From Oligoflexia bacterium (lineage in GTDB: Bacteria; Bdellovibrionota; UBA1018), in NCBI GenBank assembly GCA_963758495.1, contig CAVWVI010000004.1, positions 64,001 to 128,000 on the forward strand: a stretch of DNA of 64,000 nucleotides. The letters run 5' to 3'. Under the pieces are notes generated by a model. The model saw only the letters and a program-made list of their open reading frames with translations, was not told the DNA's origin and did no database searches. Position numbers and translations under genes: made by a program. Below, piece after piece: positions 1-10,110 of this stretch (positions within the stretch are counted from its first letter, which is position 1; each line of letters starts with the position of its first letter).

Positions 1-882
1 AGAATTGAGAGAAGCCAAATCAATTGGAACTTGGTTTATTATTTTTCAGAAATTGCAGCAGCAGGTTCGATTAAAGATGCTGCCGATAAGCTTGAATTGA
101 GTCCATCCACACTCAGCTCCCATCTCTCCCAACTAGAAAAAGACCTCTCTGTACAATTGTTCTATCGACAGCATCGCAAACTCACTCTTACTCCTGAAGG
201 TAACCGACTCTATTTTCGTGCAAAGGAAATGTTCGAGGCAGGACAAAGACTCCTCAATGTCGTTGCTCCTGTACCTCTGGGGTGCTATCCGATCTCAATT
301 GGACTGGTCCCAAGCCCGTCCATTCAGGTTGCTTACCGCATTATCGGCGAATGCTTGCGTCGTCAAAAACACTTGAACATGAAGTTATTCCATTCAGGTT
401 ACAACGATCTTGAGACCGGACTGGTAAGCTCCAAATATGACTTTGGCTTTTCTGACCGTATTCCAGAACGAAAAGATCTGATCTGCCACCGGATTTCCCA
501 CTCTCCCATAAAGTTCTTTGTTTCGGATAAATGGGCAAATACTTCATTTTCAGAACTGCTTTCGCAACTTCCGCTTCTGATCTGTAACGCAGAACCCTCA
601 CAGAGGAGCTTTGCTGAACAGGTCCTCATTGAGGCAGACCTCACACCCTCATCTGTAGTCACATCCGATTATCCAAGCGCACTCCTTGATCTTTGTCAGG
701 ATGGACTAGGGATTGGAGTATTCAGTGAAGCTGAAGGGCTGAAGTCTTTACGAGTACCCAGAGATGCTCCAAAACTACAAGATATTCTGTACATTCTATG
801 GTCAAATGAAGCCGAAAATACTGCGGCCGTTCGACTTCTAAAATCAATAACACCTTTAGAAAAAGCCTTTGGAACCAGTTAA
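1..882 (+). CDS. LysR-family transcriptional regulator (NhaR-like), 5' end probably outside the window
   Basis: Frame is open from base 1 (RIERSQINWNLVYYFSEIA). LysR HTH 'GSIKDAADKLELSPSTLSSHLSQLE...LFYRQHRKLTLTPEG' followed by a substrate-binding domain. Confidence 0.9.
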   Translation, partial: RIERSQINWNLVYYFSEIAAAGSIKDAADKLELSPSTLSSHLSQLEKDLSVQLFYRQHRKLTLTPEGNRLYFRAKEMFEAGQRLLNVVAPVPLGCYPISIGLVPSPSIQVAYRIIGECLRRQKHLNMKLFHSGYNDLETGLVSSKYDFGFSDRIPERKDLICHRISHSPIKFFVSDKWANTSFSELLSQLPLLICNAEPSQRSFAEQVLIEADLTPSSVVTSDYPSALLDLCQDGLGIGVFSEAEGLKSLRVPRDAPKLQDILYILWSNEAENTAAVRLLKSITPLEKAFGTS

Positions 883-1010
883 GTTTTTAGTCATCAGGAA
901 GTTCAACAATGCGGTAGAATTTTGGAGAACCATCCAAGAAAGGGCCCGAATAGCATGAACCAAAAAACAGCCACTTTCATTGTTACGGTGATTACTGGAT
1001 TTAAGTGCAC

Positions 1011-1826
1011 ATGAAACCTCTTTTCCGCAAGATCGTATACCTGCTTTTGATACTTGGAATGGGCGGAGCTTTCTACTATGGGTACAATTACATTCAGCAG
1101 AAAGCTCCGACGATTTCAGAAGTTCAAAAGCAAATTCCTAGTAAGCCTTCAAGGACGATTCAATATCCTGTTCCCTCTGAAAGTGGGCAATCAGGTTTCG
1201 CCAGTCCAACTGTCAATGGTGCGCCGCCCGTAGATAAGAGTGACCCCACCATCGAAAATGCGTTGAGTACTCTTTTAGGAAAGGAACTATTCGCTTCTCT
1301 CTTCCACCTCAATAATATCGTACGAAGAATTGTTGTTACGGTTGATAATGCAACTCAACATGCTCAACCGTCATGGGAAATGTCGCCTCTCAAACCATTG
1401 GAATCAAGCTTTATTGCTACAAGACGGAACAATGACAGAATAATTGCTCCTGCTAATTTTCAGCGTTACACTCCCTATGCAAACCTTGCCCGAACTGTTG
1501 ATCCAAAAAAATTAGTTGAAGTCTATGTGCATTTCTATTCTTTATTCCAAGCAGCCTACCAGGACCTAGGAACAGAGAAGTATTTTAATGACCGTCTAGT
1601 CGAAGTAATCGACAACGTCTTGAAAGCACCTGAAATAAGGGACTCGATCAAAGTAGAAAGACTTACTCCCCACAATAGATATAAGTACGTTGACAACTCG
1701 CTAGAAAGTCTTCCATCCGGCCAAAAGGCATTAGTTCGAATGGGCTACGACAATATTCGCACTATCAAAGAAAAACTGCGCCAAATTCGCGTGCTCCTTA
1801 CTCACCTCGAAGGAACAACACGATGA
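1011..1826 (+). CDS. DUF3014-family membrane-anchored protein
   Basis: N-terminal TM helix and Pro-rich linker, then 'RRIVVTVDN...RYTPY...LFQAAYQDLG..YFNDRLVEVID...GQKALVRMG' typical of DUF3014. ATG at 1011; GTG at 1005 is an alternative. Confidence 0.75.
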   Translation: MKPLFRKIVYLLLILGMGGAFYYGYNYIQQKAPTISEVQKQIPSKPSRTIQYPVPSESGQSGFASPTVNGAPPVDKSDPTIENALSTLLGKELFASLFHLNNIVRRIVVTVDNATQHAQPSWEMSPLKPLESSFIATRRNNDRIIAPANFQRYTPYANLARTVDPKKLVEVYVHFYSLFQAAYQDLGTEKYFNDRLVEVIDNVLKAPEIRDSIKVERLTPHNRYKYVDNSLESLPSGQKALVRMGYDNIRTIKEKLRQIRVLLTHLEGTTR

Positions 1827-1883
1827 ATGTAGTAAGAGCTCTCTTGCTGGAATTATTTTTGTGAGGTTGGAGCACAATTCGTA

Positions 1884-3722
1884 ATGGCCTTGCAGTTTAG
1901 CAGCCTAACTTCTAGATTGTGCAAAATAGTCATAGTTTTGACCTTCCTTTGTGGAGCATGCTCTTCTCGAAGCATTTCTCCAAATCTAGACGACATGATC
2001 AAGCTAACGCCTAGCCAAGGGATTCAAGAAAGTGAAGTAACTGGCTGCAAATCCATGTTGGACTCCTACTGTGACTTACTTTATTCACCTACAAACAATG
2101 GAAACCTGAGTATTAAAAAATCCAACGGATCTTTTTCTATTCTACAAGGTGAAACCAATAATGACTTCTCCATGGTTTATTTTGAGTACGCAAAAGCAAA
2201 GTTAAAAAACCAAGACTCCTTTCCGACCGACTTTCGAGATACTCTGAATAGTCGTAACTATTTCCAAAAGCTCCAGCTTTTCTTATTGCGCAAATCGAAA
2301 GAAAAAATGACATTTTTCGAACGAACTCAATCTATCAGACAAGGACATGACCTCGATAGTATTTGGGCATCGGCAATCGAAGAAACTATCTTAAAGAGGC
2401 TAGAAAAAAAGTATGAAGGCTTTCACAAGCTCAGGGAAGACTACATTCCACTTGAACTCGCTCTTGAGAGGAAGCGCATTCGACGTATCTTGATTTCAGA
2501 AATCTCCCAATCCATATGGAAAAGTCATCCAAATTGGAAAAGAGTTCAAGAAAACTTCGAAACATTAAGAATTCACTTTATTTCCGTTATCAGCAAATTA
2601 GCGATTCCCCAAGAAATCCAGAATGCCTGGATTCAGCGGGTACTTTCAGTCAATCTCGCACTACCTGGAGCCTTGGCTGAAATTTCAGACAATGAGTGTT
2701 CCAGTACCGTGATAAACGCATACTATTATCCTCATCTAAATATTCTCACGGTCTGTGCAGGAGACTTTAATAGCGAAGACATTTTAGAAACCATAGCTCA
2801 CGAATTGGGACATGCTCTTGACTTGGACCGATCTCGGTACATCTTCCAAATTAACTCTCTCTTTGGAAAGGAACTTGCGAATCTGAGAAATCAGATTTGC
2901 TCCAAGGAAACTTTCTCGTGTGCTCACTGGTCTCAATTCAAAAATGATTTTCAAAGAAATCTTACCGAATTGCGGAAATATATTCCGGAACTTCCTCAAT
3001 TCCAGCAATGTTTAAAATACAAATCCACTCCAAATCGTCTGACCGAGAGTGACATTTATCGTCTAGCAACTTCTATAGTCAATAATAAGATTGCCAGCCT
3101 AGCTGACACTGGAACTTTTCTGCGGGTGACTAAAAGTAATATTCCCCTGTCCAATGGGAGAATTCAGGCAAATCCATACTATCTGAACCCTTGCAGCTAC
3201 TATCTCTCTAGTCATGGAAACGAGCCAATCGATGATGAGTTGACAAGTCTCATCTTCTTTACAGCCGAATACCAGTGCAACAACAGTGAGGAGATCGAAA
3301 AATTTAAGCTTGCAATCGAATTGGCCAAAACCATGAGCACCGCCGTTGAAAGCGCAGTGATTAGAATGGAAGGTGAGTTTTCAGGAAAAGAAGAACTTCA
3401 ATCAGGTGGATATGCCGCCTCTCCTTCTGAACGTTTTGCAGATGTAATAGGAAGCTACGCATTTGCTGATTTGTTAAATTCGACACCGTCAGTAAGCGAC
3501 CGAAGGAAGATCTTCCTTGCAAGTAGCTCATGGCAATGCTCTAAACCTTCACTTGCCACTCGATTTCCTGCTGAAAACGCTATTCAAAGTTTGTTCTCAC
3601 TAGATAATCATGCGGACCCAAGTCAAAGAAAAATGGAATTTTTCTCTGCTCCGGTGCGAGATTCATTAAACTGCAGTAGAGACTTTTCATTCAGCTCATG
3701 CGAACTACAATTTCAAAAGTAA
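1884..3722 (+). CDS. Secreted/lipoprotein zinc metallopeptidase, M13 (gluzincin)-like catalytic motifs
   Basis: Lipobox-like LCGAC; NAYYYP, HELGH, ERFAD and DNHADPSQR parallel the M13 motifs NAYY, HExxH, ExxxD and DPH..R. Confidence 0.65.
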   Translation: MALQFSSLTSRLCKIVIVLTFLCGACSSRSISPNLDDMIKLTPSQGIQESEVTGCKSMLDSYCDLLYSPTNNGNLSIKKSNGSFSILQGETNNDFSMVYFEYAKAKLKNQDSFPTDFRDTLNSRNYFQKLQLFLLRKSKEKMTFFERTQSIRQGHDLDSIWASAIEETILKRLEKKYEGFHKLREDYIPLELALERKRIRRILISEISQSIWKSHPNWKRVQENFETLRIHFISVISKLAIPQEIQNAWIQRVLSVNLALPGALAEISDNECSSTVINAYYYPHLNILTVCAGDFNSEDILETIAHELGHALDLDRSRYIFQINSLFGKELANLRNQICSKETFSCAHWSQFKNDFQRNLTELRKYIPELPQFQQCLKYKSTPNRLTESDIYRLATSIVNNKIASLADTGTFLRVTKSNIPLSNGRIQANPYYLNPCSYYLSSHGNEPIDDELTSLIFFTAEYQCNNSEEIEKFKLAIELAKTMSTAVESAVIRMEGEFSGKEELQSGGYAASPSERFADVIGSYAFADLLNSTPSVSDRRKIFLASSSWQCSKPSLATRFPAENAIQSLFSLDNHADPSQRKMEFFSAPVRDSLNCSRDFSFSSCELQFQK

Positions 3723-3757
3723 CTCTTATAAACCCGCGACTATGGCTACACCTCTTT

Positions 3758-4129
3758 TTAATTTTGCACAATGACAACTGAACTCTGGCAAGCCGAACAA
3801 AGATCATGGATTGGCCATTTCAATGAGGCTTTCACAATGGTGAACTCCTTCTCACAATTTGGACAATTTCCAGTGCCGCCTGCAATCGTACTCACTACCT
3901 GATAAATGCGAAAAGCTACAAACGGACCTGCCAATAGAAAGGCTGGGACCAAAATGAAATGTGCGAGTGGAATGAGAACTGACACTATAGCCAATCCCCA
4001 AGAGATCCCGAGAGCTTTCAAAGCCCGTCTCAGTCTCTCTTTTTGATTCCACTCTTGAATCCAAACGATTCCTTGTGTTTTCTTTTCATCTGACGAAATG
4101 AGGGTCACTCGGCAAACATTCTGAATCAT
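3758..4129 (-). CDS. Small membrane protein with C-terminal zinc ribbon
   Basis: Two hydrophobic helices, then CPNC...CSAC. 4-bp ATGA overlap with the ClC gene. Confidence 0.6.
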   Translation of the reverse strand: MIQNVCRVTLISSDEKKTQGIVWIQEWNQKERLRRALKALGISWGLAIVSVLIPLAHFILVPAFLLAGPFVAFRIYQVVSTIAGGTGNCPNCEKEFTIVKASLKWPIHDLCSACQSSVVIVQN

Positions 4130-5394
4130 CCCTCCTCGTGCCTTCCTGCCAGAAAACTATATAATGGTGCCGGCATAATCCATTTACCGATCCCTTGAGC
4201 TAGAAAGGCTGCTATCATGAATGGCAGAATGAGCATGTGTTCATCTGTCATTTCCATCACAATAATAACCGCAGTCAGTGGAGCTTGAACGACCGCCGCA
4301 AAAAAGGCCACCATGCCCATCAAAGCGCAAGCTTGAAAATTCTGAAAATGGGCAAGTTTAGCAATCGAGACGCCCAGCCCTGCACCAATAGAAAGGCAAG
4401 GGGAAAAAATTCCACCTGCCATTCCAGACAGGTAGGAAAGAACCGTAGTACCAAGTTTGTAAACTGGGAAAAGCAGACTCGCATTTTCCGGAGTTGCAGA
4501 TTCGAGAGTTTTTCTCGTAACTTCATAACCGGATCCAATGGTATCCCCATGAGTAAGAAATCCGATGAGTGCACAAAGAAGTCCGCAGATAAGCGCACGA
4601 GGCCACCAATTCTCAGGAAGCCGAGTTAATTTTGGATACGCCAGTAGCTTTGCGAACGCGCCACCGAAAAGACCTCCTATAATCCCGATCAGGAAAGCTT
4701 CAGGAATAACCATTAAATTGGATTTGGAGAATACGGGATGTCCAAAATACAGATAATCCCCAAGAAGTGCCTGAGCTGTAATACCGGAAATAATTACAGC
4801 TAACATCACAGTTTGGCGAAAGGGACCAAAAGCCCCATCCGCGATTTCCTCAAGGGCAAATGTAATTCCAGCAAGAGGCGTATTAAATGCCGCGGCCACA
4901 CCCGAAGCTGCTCCTGCAATCAGATAGGTCTGAAAATCTATATGAGGAACATATTTATTCAGGCGTCTTCCCACCCATGCGAATCCGGAAGATGCAATTT
5001 GTACAGTAGGCCCCTCCCTCCCAATTGATGCACCTCCAAGAATGCCGACAATTGAAGATAGAACTTTAATGGAAGCCGTTTTTATAGAAACTAACTCGGT
5101 ATACCAGACATCTTTTGAATCAGGTGATTCTTTAGCAACCTCAATTGCCTGCAGCACTTGCGGGATTCCACTCCCCTTTGCATCTGGAGCAAATCGGCGA
5201 ACCAGGAAAGTTGCAAAGACAAAAGCCAGAGGGGAATACAATGATACAAAATAGGAATGAGACTGAAACCAATGGAAATAGTACTCCTGAGCAAGAGCAA
5301 CGACTCTCGCATAGAGAACCGCAGCAAGACCCACAATTATGGCTCCTACCCACACTGAAGCATGTTGATATGTCCTACTTTTGATATGATGCAT
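4126..5394 (-). CDS. ClC-family chloride channel / H+/Cl- antiporter
   Basis: Signature motifs GSGIP, GREGP, GGIFSP and AAAFNTPLAG. Confidence 0.93.
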   Translation of the reverse strand: MHHIKSRTYQHASVWVGAIIVGLAAVLYARVVALAQEYYFHWFQSHSYFVSLYSPLAFVFATFLVRRFAPDAKGSGIPQVLQAIEVAKESPDSKDVWYTELVSIKTASIKVLSSIVGILGGASIGREGPTVQIASSGFAWVGRRLNKYVPHIDFQTYLIAGAASGVAAAFNTPLAGITFALEEIADGAFGPFRQTVMLAVIISGITAQALLGDYLYFGHPVFSKSNLMVIPEAFLIGIIGGLFGGAFAKLLAYPKLTRLPENWWPRALICGLLCALIGFLTHGDTIGSGYEVTRKTLESATPENASLLFPVYKLGTTVLSYLSGMAGGIFSPCLSIGAGLGVSIAKLAHFQNFQACALMGMVAFFAAVVQAPLTAVIIVMEMTDEHMLILPFMIAAFLAQGIGKWIMPAPLYSFLAGRHEEG

Positions 5395-5467
5395 AATTTA
5401 AATTCTTAAAAACTAAAATAAAGAGTAACACGTTGATTTGGCTTTTCCAATGTGTAATAGTATTTAT

Positions 5468-6409
5468 ATGGTTTCTCCAATTCGATCAATCTTAGGGACC
5501 TCTTCAAAAAAGAAGAGGGACGAAAAGACCAAAGGTCGTCCTATCAATTGGAACCAGGTATTTTATTTTTCTGAGGTTGCAGCCATCGGTTCGCTTAAAG
5601 ACGCTGCAATTAAGCTCCATCTTCATCCTTCCACTCTCAGTGAACATATCTCTCAACTTGAGACTGACCTCAATACGACGCTTTTCTTACGGCAGCATCG
5701 TAAGCTGGTCCTCACTCCGGAGGGAAACCACCTTTACTTGCGTGCAAAGGAAATGTTCGAAGCCGGCCAGAGACTCGTAGATATTGTTTCCCCGGTTCCC
5801 CTTGGCTGTTACCCCGTATCCATCGGACTAGTACCTACTCCTTCAATTCAGCTTGCCTATCAGGTCATTGGAGACTTTCTTGAGAAAAATGGACCTGTCA
5901 ACATGAAGCTCTTTCACGCTGGCTATTCTGAATTGGATAGCGGTATATCCAAGGGGCACTTTGATTTTGGCTTTTCAGATCGCGTGTCGGATCTCAAGAA
6001 CCTTTCACATCGGCTCATTTCCGCTTCGTATATTAAATTTTATGTATCTGGGAAATGGGCGGAAAAGCGATTTTCTGCGCTGCTACAATCCCTCCCTCTT
6101 CTCATTTGTAATGCAGAACCTTCAACTCGAACCTTGGCTGAACAAGCGTTATCTGACACGGGCTTAGTTGCACCAGCAATCATTACTTCAGACTACCCGA
6201 GTGTCTTGGTTGAACTCTGCAAAAGAGGAATTGGAATTGGGGTTTTTAGTGAAGAAACCATAAAAAAAGAAACAGAAGTTCTGAAGGCATTTCGAGTTCC
6301 GAAAGGTGCTCCAAGGCTTCAAGATAAGTTCTATGCAATTTGGGCAAAGGAAAGTGAAAATCGGGAAGCAGTAAAACTACTTATAAAATTGATTCCGTTA
6401 GAAAATTAA
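5468..6409 (+). CDS. LysR-family transcriptional regulator, paralog of 1..882
   Basis: LysR HTH; shares PVPLGCYP.SIGLVP, LPLLICNAEPS and TSDYPS with the first LysR. Divergent from ClC. Start uncertain (ATG 5468 chosen). Confidence 0.9.
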   Translation: MVSPIRSILGTSSKKKRDEKTKGRPINWNQVFYFSEVAAIGSLKDAAIKLHLHPSTLSEHISQLETDLNTTLFLRQHRKLVLTPEGNHLYLRAKEMFEAGQRLVDIVSPVPLGCYPVSIGLVPTPSIQLAYQVIGDFLEKNGPVNMKLFHAGYSELDSGISKGHFDFGFSDRVSDLKNLSHRLISASYIKFYVSGKWAEKRFSALLQSLPLLICNAEPSTRTLAEQALSDTGLVAPAIITSDYPSVLVELCKRGIGIGVFSEETIKKETEVLKAFRVPKGAPRLQDKFYAIWAKESENREAVKLLIKLIPLEN

Positions 6410-6439
6410 AATTGAAATCACTCGAAAGGGACCTGTTCT

Positions 6440-6946
6440 ATGAAAATTAGAGAATTAAATAAAAACCAATATTGTGCATTTGCTGTTTTATTAACTCTGA
6501 TTGCAATCACCGGCTGTGCGAAAAAGACGAAGCCAGAAGAGTCCGTCATTTCTACTGCCCCTTCAATTGAGGAAAATGCACTAGGAGACTCGGACTCAGG
6601 CAGGGCACTCGGTCTCAATACCATTCACTTTCCATTTGATTCAGCTCTACTAGATGAGAAAGCAAAAGCAGAAATAAACTCAAATTACCAAATTCTAAAG
6701 GAGAAGCCCAGTCTCAAAGTCCAAATAGAAGGGCACTGTGATCAACGTGGAGGAATACAATACAATATTGCGTTGGGTGAGAGACGAGCCAAATCCGTAT
6801 TGCACTACCTAACGAATCTAGGAATTCCTTCAGACCGCATCAACATCATCAGCTATGGAAAGGAAAGACCCATAGATCGGGCTAATACCGAAGAAGCTTA
6901 TGCTAAGAATCGGAGAGCAAATTTCGCTATTACCTCCAGAATGTAG
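6440..6946 (+). CDS. pal: Peptidoglycan-associated lipoprotein (OmpA-like domain)
   Basis: Lipobox ITGC; IHFPFDS, IEGHCDQRG, YNIALGERRA, SYGKERP, KNRRA. Confidence 0.85.
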   Translation: MKIRELNKNQYCAFAVLLTLIAITGCAKKTKPEESVISTAPSIEENALGDSDSGRALGLNTIHFPFDSALLDEKAKAEINSNYQILKEKPSLKVQIEGHCDQRGGIQYNIALGERRAKSVLHYLTNLGIPSDRINIISYGKERPIDRANTEEAYAKNRRANFAITSRM

Positions 6947-7096
6947 AACTTATGCTTGTCATTTTTCTGCTCCTACTTTTATCACCTATAGCGTTAGCGG
7001 ATAATTTTTGGGGTAGTTCTACCTATCAAAGCCATTCTCCTTATCAAGGGTATTCCTCCTCTAAAATTATGCACTTACTTCATCGACATCAGAAGG

Positions 7097-8872
7097 TCAT
7101 AGTTTCTCGCCATTCTCTAGCGGATTTCTTCCCAAGATGGGAAATCGGAGAATTGAAAATCGAAAAGTGACCCCTTGACCAAGTGCGCTTTCAGCCCAAA
7201 TACGACCACCATGTGCCAGGATGATGTGTCGGCAAATATAGAGTCCAAGGCCGTGACCTTTTTTTTCGGAATGTTTAGCTTGCCAGAATCGATCAAAGAG
7301 ATACTGCATCGCTTCAGGAGAAATCCCAGGCCCAGTATCTTTTACGAAAAATATAGCTTCCTTATCTGAACTGTTAAAACCAATGCTAATATGACCGCCC
7401 TCAGGCGTAAACTTGAGGGCGTTTCCGATCAGGTTTGACATGACTTGAAAAATTCGCGCTCGATCGCAAGCTACAAGAACTTGTCCTGGTGAAGCTTCGA
7501 TATCCAGAGAAATTGACTTTTCCAACGCTAAATCCTGAAAACATTTGGCCGCCTCCTGGATAATAGAATGAGCATCCTCCGGCTTTCTCTCAATAGATAG
7601 ATTACCGGCCTCCATTTTCGCTGAGTCCAGTAGATCCGTAATCAAATTCTGCATCTGCTGACAACTACTCAAGACCTTTCTTGCCCGATCAAGAATCTTG
7701 ACTTTAGATTCCGTGATCCCTTGTTCCGATGTCAGGAGTTTCTCAATAAAACCAGCACAGAGCTTAATATTTGCTATCGGATTTTTAAGATCATGAGAAA
7801 CAATGGCCAGAAATTCCTCTTGGTCCCGGATCATCTTATTTAAGGCAGCTGCCATAGACGCGAAAGTTCTGGCAAATTGCTGAATTTCAAAGGGCCCCTG
7901 AACTGGCACAGGACTGTCCATATCTCCAGCCTCAAGAGCATAAACACGTTTTGCCAAAACGTTTATGGGTGAAAGCACTCTATTCGACAAAAAGTAGGCT
8001 AATAGTGCAGCGAGAAGCAAAAAAATAAGGATCAAGCTAAAGACTTCAAGCTTCATAGTGCTCAGAGGTGCCAGAAGCTGGGACTCAGGGACAAAAGCCT
8101 TGATGCAGCCGCCTCCAATTTCCGGAACATAACGGAATGCATGAATCGCTGGAACACCATGGTAATCGAGTGCAATCATCGATCCACTCTTTCCAGAGAG
8201 ACATTCCCGTGTAGCTTGACTCAGATTCGCATTATGCGTCTCCTCAAACTGCTCTGGAGTTATAAACTCACCTTGAGAATTGATAAGAAAAGTCTCTCCC
8301 TGTTCTCCAAGTTCGGGAGGTTGTTTAAAAATTTTCTTCAAAGTTGTGAAATTATAAGACACGGTAAGTTCAGCATCATCTGTTTTTACCTGAATCACAT
8401 AGTAAGACTGTCCTCTATCATCAAATCGAAACGTAGCAAGGGAGTTCGCCCCAGAAGGCTGCTCCAAAAGCGAAAGTTTTCTATTCCATGAAACGATTGA
8501 TTGTAAATTTTTATATTTGAGCACTGCAGAACGTGCGAGATCTGATGCCACGAAATTTTGAAATAAATTTAATACACATTTTTTATCTATTTTATTTGTC
8601 GATTTACAGACTAGGTTGAGCCTAGAGAGAAGACCTCGGGCACGTTCTTGATGTCCTTTCAGAGCGCGAATGAGCATAGTTTGACGTGTCTCCGCAGTCA
8701 TGCTAACTAGCCGACTGCCGTCTCGCTGAAGAACTGCCCCAAGCCTTTGGAGTGTTGCAAATCCAATCGCTGTAGCAGTAAGGATGACAACTCCTAAAGC
8801 AAGAACCAAAATTTGTGCACGCAGAGTCCTTAACACGAGCAAATCTATACCATATTGCGACCCAGACTCCAT
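7097..8872 (-). CDS. Membrane sensor histidine kinase (Cache-like sensor, HAMP, HisKA, HATPase)
   Basis: Two TMs; H-box SHDLKNP, N-box NLIGNALKF, DTGPG, GHGLGL. Start uncertain. Confidence 0.9.
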   Translation of the reverse strand: MESGSQYGIDLLVLRTLRAQILVLALGVVILTATAIGFATLQRLGAVLQRDGSRLVSMTAETRQTMLIRALKGHQERARGLLSRLNLVCKSTNKIDKKCVLNLFQNFVASDLARSAVLKYKNLQSIVSWNRKLSLLEQPSGANSLATFRFDDRGQSYYVIQVKTDDAELTVSYNFTTLKKIFKQPPELGEQGETFLINSQGEFITPEQFEETHNANLSQATRECLSGKSGSMIALDYHGVPAIHAFRYVPEIGGGCIKAFVPESQLLAPLSTMKLEVFSLILIFLLLAALLAYFLSNRVLSPINVLAKRVYALEAGDMDSPVPVQGPFEIQQFARTFASMAAALNKMIRDQEEFLAIVSHDLKNPIANIKLCAGFIEKLLTSEQGITESKVKILDRARKVLSSCQQMQNLITDLLDSAKMEAGNLSIERKPEDAHSIIQEAAKCFQDLALEKSISLDIEASPGQVLVACDRARIFQVMSNLIGNALKFTPEGGHISIGFNSSDKEAIFFVKDTGPGISPEAMQYLFDRFWQAKHSEKKGHGLGLYICRHIILAHGGRIWAESALGQGVTFRFSILRFPILGRNPLENGEKL

Positions 8873-8955
8873 GCGCCAACAAACAGTATTGAATCTCTTG
8901 CACTCAGTGCAGTAAAAGGGGCTTTTGATGGCTTGTAAAGAGGATAGCAATACCC

Positions 8956-9852
8956 ATGTACTTTAGACAAGTTTCGGTTTCTTTCTATGGACTCCTTTTG
9001 TTCTTCTTGAACTCCCTCTTGAGCGGCTCTGGCTTTTGCTTCGATGAAAAACCGGAGATCCGATTTGCCGCTATTGGTGATTTCGGGACTTCCGATAAGA
9101 ATGAAGCAGCCGTTGCCGGACTCGTCCAGAGCTGGAATCCCGATTTTATTATTACCCTAGGGGACAATAACTATCCGAATGGGGAATTAAAGACGATTGA
9201 TCAGAATATAGGAAAGTACTTCCACAATTATATCCAAAATTATCACGGGGCCTTTGGCAAAGGTTCTCTCAGCAATCGGTTCTTTCCCTCTTTAGGTAAC
9301 CATGATTGGAACTGTGAGAGCTGTATTACTTCCCCAAAACCTTACTTGGATTATTTTAGCCTGCAAAACTCCCAACGATACTATGATTTTGTGAAGGGTC
9401 CAGTACACTTTTTTGCCTTAGATAGCGACTCCCGCGAACCCGATGGAAACCAAGCTTCATCGATCCAAGGGCAATGGCTCAAAGGAAAACTCAAGGCCTC
9501 ACAATCCCCTTTTCGATTTGTCTACTTCCATCATACACCTTACTCAAGCGGAAACCATGGAGAGACTCAGAACATGCAATGGCCTTTTAAGGAGTGGGGA
9601 GCCAGCGCTGTCTTCGCGGGCCATGAACACATTTACGAACGATACGACATTCAGGGTGTTCCCTATTTCGTAAATGGAATGGGAGGAAGAACGATCACCC
9701 CCCTGGGAAAATGTAAGGGCGCTTGTAAAATGCAGTATAATAAGGACTTTGGAGCCATGTTGGTATCAGCATCCAGAAGTATCGCCCGTTTTGAATTCTA
9801 TACGAAAGGGAATGTTAAAATAGATCAACTTCTACTAGCCGCCCCTAGATGA
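8956..9852 (+). CDS. Secreted calcineurin-like metallophosphoesterase (purple-acid-phosphatase-like)
   Basis: Signal peptide; GDFG, GDNNY, GNHD, HH and GHEH motifs. Confidence 0.88.
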   Translation: MYFRQVSVSFYGLLLFFLNSLLSGSGFCFDEKPEIRFAAIGDFGTSDKNEAAVAGLVQSWNPDFIITLGDNNYPNGELKTIDQNIGKYFHNYIQNYHGAFGKGSLSNRFFPSLGNHDWNCESCITSPKPYLDYFSLQNSQRYYDFVKGPVHFFALDSDSREPDGNQASSIQGQWLKGKLKASQSPFRFVYFHHTPYSSGNHGETQNMQWPFKEWGASAVFAGHEHIYERYDIQGVPYFVNGMGGRTITPLGKCKGACKMQYNKDFGAMLVSASRSIARFEFYTKGNVKIDQLLLAAPR

Positions 9853-10110
9853 CTTTGAAAAAGTCGACTGAGATCGTCTATAAAAGTCCTGTAAAATAAC
9901 AACGAGCACCCATAAATCATAGATTGTGCGCCTGCCACGAAGGATGAACTCAAGCTAAGTCATCATGATGACATCGCCTTTATTAATGACTGTATGGTGA
10001 GTGGGCTCATATCGTCATTTTGCTTGGATGAGTATTTGAATTTTTTATGGATTTTCGCAATTCATCCTTCGTGACAGGCGCACAATGAAATCATACCAGT
10101 CTTGGCTCAT

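Noticed and set aside
6952..7170. 72-aa ORF after pal with a hydrophobic N-terminus
   Set aside because: Overlaps the convergent kinase 3' end by 74 bp and has no recognisable domain; it may be a remnant but cannot be supported.
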